DNA of 29,370 nt. Source: a virus (taxonomy: Duplodnaviria; Caudoviricetes). Positions within the stretch are counted from its first letter, which is position 1. Every line of letters begins with the position of its first letter. The notes under the pieces are model-generated. The model made no database searches. It was not told where the DNA came from and saw only the letters and a program-made list of their open reading frames with translations. The DNA lies in IMG/VR virus record IMGVR_UViG_3300028293_000021, positions 1-29,370 of that record; one strand, 5' to 3'. Positions 23,644-29,370 of this stretch are shown here, piece by piece. The translations under genes were made by a program, and so were the position numbers.

Positions 23644-25467
23644 CTACTTCACCGGCTGCCAGCGTTGGCCGTCCCAGACCCGCGTCTCCCCATTCGCCGT
23701 GCGCGTCTCGCCGATGCTCGGCGCGCTCGAGGCCGGCGGCGGCGCCGCGGCCCGCGACGGACCCGCCGCCGTGCCTTCCAGATAGGTGCCCCGCGTCAGG
23801 GCCAGCCGGCGGAACCCCACCAGGGCGGTGATCTCCTGCAGCGCCGCCGCCAGCACTGGCACACTCGCGGCGGTGTTGATCAATTCCATCCCTTGTTTCA
23901 TCTTGGCGTCGCTCGTGGCACTCCCCGAGCCGCCACCCGCGAGCAGTTTCGCCACTTCGTCGCCGACGAGCACCGCATCGGTCTTGAGCCGCGCCAGGTC
24001 GGTGCTGTTGAACTCGCTGGCCGCCATGTTCGCGAGCTGGTTCAGACTCGTAATCGGTCCGCGGCCGAGCGCGCTCGCGTTTTTCAGGAGCCGCGGGATC
24101 GACTCCGTCACGCTGTCCATGTAGCGCACGGTGTTCTGGAAGGCGGGCGACTTGACGAGCTGATAGTTCGACTCCGCTTCCTCGACGTTGAAGGTCGGGT
24201 CGTACTTCTTCGCCGCGGCGATCACACCGAGCCGCGCCGTCATCCCTTCCTGCCCGCGCGAGCTCAGCATCGAGAACACTTGCGACGGCGAGATGCGATG
24301 GCTCGCCAGATCCTCGGCCGTCGACTGGATCATCTCCGGCGTCAGACGCTGGTCGTATTTCATCTGCGCGACGAGCGTCGCCAGGTTTTTGTTGGCGAGC
24401 GCCGCCTCGCGCGCCTCGGGATCCTGGTTGGTGACCTTGAACGCCTGCAGCGCCCGCGCATCGACGGCGCGTAGTTGCTCATCGGTGAGCGGCACGCCGC
24501 CGTTCTGGGCGACGGCCAGGCGCCGATCGCGCGCCACCCAATCCTCGACCGTGCCCGGCTTGTTGCTGTCCTTCGGCGGCGCCGTGTAGTAGACCGTGGG
24601 CGGGGCATCCGGCGCGGCCGGATCCGGGGGACTCACCAGCGTGTCGCCGGCGTTGACGGCGATCGGTTTGCGGGCCGTGGCCCGCGACGCCGCCGTTTCC
24701 GCCTGCTCCTTGTCGACCTTCGCCTTGAGCTCCGGATCGGCAAACTGCAAGAGCGTCGCGCGGAGCTGATCGGGGCCGGCCGTGGCCGTCTGCAGCAGAA
24801 ACCGGCGCCCGGCGGCGGGATCGACGGCCTGGCTGGCAATCGCATCGGCCACCCAGGCATTCGCCGTATCCCGCACATGCAGCGGATCGCCGGGATTGGC
24901 GTCGAGCGCCGTCAGGCCCGCCAGGGCGGACTTGCTCAGATACGTCTGCTGCGCGTCCTGCCGCTTTTGCTGCTTCTCGCCGACGTCCGAGATGTTTTTC
25001 TCGATCTCCGATCGCGTCTTCAGCAGCGCGAGCCGCGCCTCCGCGTTCTTCGACGTGATGGTGGCGTACTGCTGCCACGCCCCCACGTCCTGCATTTGCA
25101 GCGCCTTGGTGATCCGCTCATCGTTGGGCGAGCCGTCGTCGTTGTAGTTCGCCGGGTTGCGGAGCTCGGCTTCGAACACGTTGCGCGTCCGCTGCTCGCG
25201 CTTCAGCGCGTCGAGTTGCATCTGCTGCACTTGCTCACGCCGGGCCGCCTCCCGCGCCATGAGCTGATGCTGCGGAATCGCCGCCGCGGTTTGGCCGACG
25301 GTGTCGAGGACGCCGCCCCACAGCGCGCCGCGGTCACGCGCCGCCTGCGCCTCGAGCGCCCCCTGCTGCAGCGCGAGCGTCGCCTGCGTGTCCCCTTGGC
25401 GGCCGAGCACGTCAGCGATCGACGGGCCGTAGGGGTTGCGATAGTCCTCGTAGCGATAGACCGGCAT
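23644..25467 (-). CDS. Internal virion/DNA ejection protein
   Basis: 607 aa Ala/Gln-rich coiled coil; C-terminal GETRVWDGQRW motif; synteny. Confidence 0.7.
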   Translation of the reverse strand: MPVYRYEDYRNPYGPSIADVLGRQGDTQATLALQQGALEAQAARDRGALWGGVLDTVGQTAAAIPQHQLMAREAARREQVQQMQLDALKREQRTRNVFEAELRNPANYNDDGSPNDERITKALQMQDVGAWQQYATITSKNAEARLALLKTRSEIEKNISDVGEKQQKRQDAQQTYLSKSALAGLTALDANPGDPLHVRDTANAWVADAIASQAVDPAAGRRFLLQTATAGPDQLRATLLQFADPELKAKVDKEQAETAASRATARKPIAVNAGDTLVSPPDPAAPDAPPTVYYTAPPKDSNKPGTVEDWVARDRRLAVAQNGGVPLTDEQLRAVDARALQAFKVTNQDPEAREAALANKNLATLVAQMKYDQRLTPEMIQSTAEDLASHRISPSQVFSMLSSRGQEGMTARLGVIAAAKKYDPTFNVEEAESNYQLVKSPAFQNTVRYMDSVTESIPRLLKNASALGRGPITSLNQLANMAASEFNSTDLARLKTDAVLVGDEVAKLLAGGGSGSATSDAKMKQGMELINTAASVPVLAAALQEITALVGFRRLALTRGTYLEGTAAGPSRAAAPPPASSAPSIGETRTANGETRVWDGQRWQPVK

Positions 25468-25471
25468 CGGC

Positions 25472-26722
25472 TCAGCTCCCGAGCGCGAAGTTCACCGCCG
25501 CGTTCCGCCGCGCTTCGTAATCCTGCCAGCCGAGCAGGTAGTCGTTATAGGCGTTGGTGTTCGCGAGGTCGTTCAAGTGCTGCTGGTTTTGCGCCTGCGT
25601 CTGCCAGTTGAGGAGCGCCGGCGCGTAGGCGTCCTGCGCGGCCTGGTAGCTGTTGCGGTACGGGTCGACGTACTGCGTCTGATAGTTGGTCTGGTACTGG
25701 CCCAGCGCGTTCTCGCGCTCCGTCGTCCACTGATCCTTCGCGATGTTGTAGGGATCCTGATATTGCGTCTGGTAGTTCGTCTGGTAGTTCGCCAGCGCGT
25801 TGCCGCGGTTCTGCGTGTACTGGTCGAGCGCCGCCTGATAGTTGTTTTTGTAGGGATCGACGTACTGCGTCTGATAGTTGGTCTGGTAGATGTTCGCCGC
25901 GTTCGCGCGGTTGGCGTTGTACTGATCGACGGCGTTCGCGCGGTTGGTGTTGTAGGCGTTGTAATCGCGGTTCCAGACGTTGGCGTACTCCTGGCTCGCC
26001 GCGTCCTGCCCGTAATCGAGGAGCGCCTTGAGCGTGCCGGAATCGTTCAGCGTCCCGCGCGCCGACGCCGCGTTCTGCAGCCGGTCGGTGCCTTGCTGGA
26101 GCCGGAACTGATAGCCCGGGGAGTTTTGCGCCTCCGCGAACGACGGTCCCTGAAAGGCATCGTAGCTGAAGTCGCCGTAGTTGAACGCCGGCGGCGGCGT
26201 GAATTGCGGCGCCTGAAAATCGCCGTACTCGAACGCCGGCGGCGGCGTGTAGACCGGCAGCGGCGTATCCCAGGTGAACGCGGGCGGCGGCGTGTAGCTC
26301 GGTGGGTTGAACGCCGGCGCCTCCGGCAGCGGCTGGGCCGAGGGCGGCGTAAACGTGCCGCTCCACGGGGCGAACGGGTTATCGGCGCCGGGCGTCGTGT
26401 AGGGGTTCGCGGGCGGGCCGGACGCGGCCGGCGGGCCACCACCCGCGGGCGGCGTGGTCGTGGCCGGCGGCGGCGTGCTCGCGATCGGGGGGAGGTTCGG
26501 CTCGGTGATCGGCAGGTCGCTCGCGCCCGGGTTCGTCCCGCTCGGATCCTCCGGCCCCATCTGGGTCGGTTCCTCGGGCGTGCCGCCGGTCGTCAGATAG
26601 GTTTGGATCTGCGCGTCCGTCCACCCGCGCGCCTTCAACTCCGCGATGATCTGGTCTTGCGACGTCGACGGCGCCGGGTCGTTGCTGTCGGCCGTTTCAT
26701 CGAAGATGGATCCGAGCGCCAT
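25472..26722 (-). CDS. DNA transfer/pilot protein (P22 gp7-like motif)
   Basis: SPGYQFRLQQG...AASARG.LN.SGTLKALLDYGQDAASQEY; AGGAG RBS before ATG 26722. Confidence 0.75.
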   Translation of the reverse strand: MALGSIFDETADSNDPAPSTSQDQIIAELKARGWTDAQIQTYLTTGGTPEEPTQMGPEDPSGTNPGASDLPITEPNLPPIASTPPPATTTPPAGGGPPAASGPPANPYTTPGADNPFAPWSGTFTPPSAQPLPEAPAFNPPSYTPPPAFTWDTPLPVYTPPPAFEYGDFQAPQFTPPPAFNYGDFSYDAFQGPSFAEAQNSPGYQFRLQQGTDRLQNAASARGTLNDSGTLKALLDYGQDAASQEYANVWNRDYNAYNTNRANAVDQYNANRANAANIYQTNYQTQYVDPYKNNYQAALDQYTQNRGNALANYQTNYQTQYQDPYNIAKDQWTTERENALGQYQTNYQTQYVDPYRNSYQAAQDAYAPALLNWQTQAQNQQHLNDLANTNAYNDYLLGWQDYEARRNAAVNFALGS

Positions 26723-26735
26723 AACACGTCTCCTG

Positions 26736-28022
26736 CTAGAGATACGATCCGACCGGGCTCCCGTAGAGGGATCGCCGGGTCGGCGGCGGCAGCGTCCCGC
26801 TCGCGGCCGCGGGATCCATGAGATAGCCGGCAATCGAGCCGAGCGGATCGTTGGTCAGCGGCTGAAAGCGCGGCCGCGCCGCTGCCGTCGCCGGCGCGGG
26901 CACGCCCCCCCCGCCGCCGAACTCGTCCGCTTGCGCCAGCCGGCGGTTGAAATACTCCGGATCCCGCGCGCCGAACTCGTTCCACTTCGACACCCAATAG
27001 TCGACGCTGGTCGGGAGCGGCGTCTTGCCCTGGCTCTGGTAGTAACTCGCGACTTGCGTGCCGATGTCGCCCTTCGCCGCACTGACGCCCGGCCCGACGG
27101 CGCTCGCGGGCGGCGGCGCCGTCGCCCCGCCCGGCACCCCGGTGCCCGTCGGCGGCGGCATGGGCGTCCCGACGCCGTAGCTGTTGGGCGGCAGCGGCAC
27201 GTAGGCGGGAATGCGCCGCGCCGGGAGCCCGAGCGCCTGCCCGACCGGGCCGAGCATCTCTTGGCGCGCGGCCCACTGCTCGTAGTTGCCGTAGCGATTC
27301 GCTTCCGCGACGGTCGCATCGTAGGCGGCCTGCTGGCGCAGGAAGGCGAGTTGCTCCGCCTGCGATTTCGATTGCAGGTCGGCGGCGTACTTCGTCGAGG
27401 CGGTCTGCGCGGCGGTGGCGTCTTTGTTCGCGCCCGCCTGCTCGATCGAGCTCCAGATGCCGGTGCCACCGCGAATCAGATCGCCGACGGTCAGGCCGCC
27501 GCCGAGTAGTGATGCCACACCCCCTCCTAGGCCAGCACCGCCGGCAACTGGCGCCACTGGACCCGCGAGCGCGCCGCCAAACACCGCCGGGTTGAGCGCG
27601 GCGCCCCCCACGCCGGTCGCTCCCGCGCCACCGGCCCCTGCGCCCCCCGCGCCGCTGACCGCGCCCGCCACAAAGGGAGCGGCGATGCCCGCCCCGACAC
27701 CCCCAGCAGCCACGGTCCCGATGACATTGGCCCAGTTCGTCGGGTTCTCCCACTCGCCACTCGTCCAGTTGTACTTCTGCCCCTGCTTGAAGAACCCCTC
27801 ACCGACACCTGTTTTAGCCTGCGCGGCGTCTGATCCTGTTCCTACAAACGTCCCACTCTCATCGAACCATTCCGGGGCGTAATACGTCTTCTGCCCGCGA
27901 ATATTCCGCCAATAGCGCCCTTGGGCATCCTGATTAAAATCACTCGCACGGAGCGGATGTCCGAGCGTGGCGAGGTCTTCAGTCGTGAGCGGCGTATTGC
28001 CGTACGGTTCATTGGGTCGCAC
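26736..28022 (-). CDS. Gly/Ala-rich internal virion/ejection protein
   Basis: GGAGGG RBS before GTG 28022; long hydrophobic Gly/Ala stretch then AQTASTKYAADLQ..SQAEQLAFLRQQ. Confidence 0.7.
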   Translation of the reverse strand: MRPNEPYGNTPLTTEDLATLGHPLRASDFNQDAQGRYWRNIRGQKTYYAPEWFDESGTFVGTGSDAAQAKTGVGEGFFKQGQKYNWTSGEWENPTNWANVIGTVAAGGVGAGIAAPFVAGAVSGAGGAGAGGAGATGVGGAALNPAVFGGALAGPVAPVAGGAGLGGGVASLLGGGLTVGDLIRGGTGIWSSIEQAGANKDATAAQTASTKYAADLQSKSQAEQLAFLRQQAAYDATVAEANRYGNYEQWAARQEMLGPVGQALGLPARRIPAYVPLPPNSYGVGTPMPPPTGTGVPGGATAPPPASAVGPGVSAAKGDIGTQVASYYQSQGKTPLPTSVDYWVSKWNEFGARDPEYFNRRLAQADEFGGGGGVPAPATAAARPRFQPLTNDPLGSIAGYLMDPAAASGTLPPPTRRSLYGSPVGSYL

Positions 28023-28027
28023 TGGGA

Positions 28028-28522
28028 TCAGCCCTCCGTCGCCCGCGTCCACGCCCCCGTCGCCACGAACCCCGTCGCCGCCAGGAACGCCGTCGCCCGC
28101 GCGTCGTCGCCGGTCACGAGCAGCCGCGGCGCCTGCCGCATCACCGCCCACGCCTCGAACGCCTGCAGCAGCCGCGGCGCCACGCGCGCCCGCAGCGGCA
28201 GCGCCGACTCCATCCACCAGTAAAGGTCCGACGCCACGCGCACGCGCGTCGCCAGGTGCGTCCACGCCGCCACGCCCAGCACGCCCACGACCACGTCCTG
28301 CGCCGTCGCCACCAGCAGGCGGCTATCCGCGTTGGCCCCGCTCGCCTGCGCCCGCGCGAACGGCTCGAGCTCGAACGCGCTCTGACTCAGCGTCCCGCTG
28401 AACACACTCGCCACGTAGCGGCCCGCCTGCGCGACGACCGCCGGCACGTCGGCCGCCGTCGCAAAGCGCACGACGATCCCGCCGCTGTCGACGAGCACCT
28501 CGCCCGGCAAATCACCGTTCAC
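28028..28522 (-). CDS. GNAT-fold acetyltransferase-like protein
   Basis: VRFATAADVPAV...LLVA....VVGVLG...LYWW...R...AP.LLQAFEAWA; GNAT genes are common between podovirus tail and ejection genes. Confidence 0.75.
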   Translation of the reverse strand: MNGDLPGEVLVDSGGIVVRFATAADVPAVVAQAGRYVASVFSGTLSQSAFELEPFARAQASGANADSRLLVATAQDVVVGVLGVAAWTHLATRVRVASDLYWWMESALPLRARVAPRLLQAFEAWAVMRQAPRLLVTGDDARATAFLAATGFVATGAWTRATEG

Positions 28523-28998
28523 GAGAGCAGCTCCACCTTGACCTCGAGGTCATAGCGCATCTGGCCCGGGGTCGTACTGCTGTAGGCGACGGCCACCGTG
28601 AGGTCCGTCGACCCCCGCGCGCGGACGAGCGTCGTGCCCGACTGCCACGCCGTCACGGCATCGACCGTCAGCGGCGCGCCGCTGAGCGTGAGGGGCAGCC
28701 CGTCGAGATCCTGAAAGCCGATCGTCACCGTCAGCGAGGAGGCGGCGCCGTCCGCGCGCGTCTTCCGCACGAACCACGTCAGGCGATACAGCCCCGGGCT
28801 CAGGGTCGTATACACCGCCGTCGTCGGCAGCGCCGCGGTCTGCCCCCCCACCGAGGACGAGAACGACGCCAGCGTCCCGCTCTGCTGCCAGCCATCGACG
28901 AGCTGCTGCCAGCGCAGGCGCATGAACGTCGTAATCGTGCCGTCCTTGGGGTCGGCGATCGGCGTGTTGACCGGAATGGGCGGCAGCGCCCGCGGCAT
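28519..28998 (-). CDS. Virion structural/tail protein (beta-rich)
   Basis: PIP.NTPIADPKDGTIT..M...WQQL N-terminus, beta-sandwich-like C-terminus; coupled on both sides. Confidence 0.6.
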   Translation of the reverse strand: MPRALPPIPVNTPIADPKDGTITTFMRLRWQQLVDGWQQSGTLASFSSSVGGQTAALPTTAVYTTLSPGLYRLTWFVRKTRADGAASSLTVTIGFQDLDGLPLTLSGAPLTVDAVTAWQSGTTLVRARGSTDLTVAVAYSSTTPGQMRYDLEVKVELLS

Positions 28999-29370
28999 CA
29001 GGCGGCCTCGATGTTGTTGACATACGCATCGACCACGCGAAACGGCACCGGATCCGAGAACGTGAACTCCGCCACGGCATGATTGAACAGCCCGAGCCGT
29101 GTCCAGTAGACGCGCGTCCGCCAGGCGCCCGCCGGCCCGGTCGAGGCGCGCAATTCGTTACTCCACGTCCGCCCGCCATCGTCCGAGACGCGCAACAGCA
29201 CCACCGGCGCCGCGCCCGGGCCCGTCTGATCCGCCAGCCCGACATCCATCAGGAGCTCGAGCTGATCGATCGGCCCGCGACGCTTCTCGCGGATGAGGGC
29301 AGGCGGCCGGCGCAGGCGGCGAATGCCCGTGCCGTCGAGCTCCGTCGCGAACGACACGTCCATTTCCGCG
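28998..29370 (-). CDS. Packaged-DNA stabilisation/tail hub protein, P22 gp10-like (C-terminus; 5' end outside window)
   Basis: LELLMDVG...PVVLLRVSDDGGRTWSNE...G..GAWRTRVYWTRLG...FTFSDPV. Confidence 0.85.
   Translation of the reverse strand, partial: AEMDVSFATELDGTGIRRLRRPPALIREKRRGPIDQLELLMDVGLADQTGPGAAPVVLLRVSDDGGRTWSNELRASTGPAGAWRTRVYWTRLGLFNHAVAEFTFSDPVPFRVVDAYVNNIEAA

Noticed and set aside
25660-25900. Repeats as DGR template/variable regions
   Set aside because: In-frame protein repeats with no adenine-specific differences; no reverse transcriptase in the window.
28023-28265. Long N-terminal extension of the 509-aa ORF
   Set aside because: Overlaps the GNAT gene; an SD-supported GTG at 28022 is more plausible.

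Overview
High-GC temperate tailed phage with P22-like podovirus architecture; the host cannot be assigned from sequence alone. It appears to be in its non-integrated form, because an intact attP (3' half of tRNA-Gly(CCC), arm-type repeats, terminator) sits mid-window with phage genes on both sides. Left arm (minus strand): portal N-terminus, TerL, TerS, a DpdA/TGT-like protein, RusA, a DUF1376/YdaU-type replication initiator with an iteron/AT-rich origin, NinB/Orf, lambda-type Exo and Bet/RecT, Xis and Cro. Centre: CI-like repressor, tyrosine integrase, attP, then a second paralogous repressor facing a divergent three-gene operon. Right arm (minus strand): gp10-like tail stabilisation protein, GNAT, four probable DNA-ejection proteins, a tailspike/fibre-like protein and a possible glycosidase-fold protein. 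Most notable: (i) twin repressors plus Cro share a QNSxSRL recognition helix and a TATCC-N6-GGATA operator at three promoter regions on both sides of attP; (ii) an RNA polymerase alpha-CTD homologue between TerL and portal; (iii) a tail protein with an apparent signal peptide; (iv) a DpdA-like gene with no preQ0 pathway in the window; (v) antisense and overprinted small genes; (vi) a split replication gene spanning the origin. Family calls are from motif recognition by eye, with no database searches.
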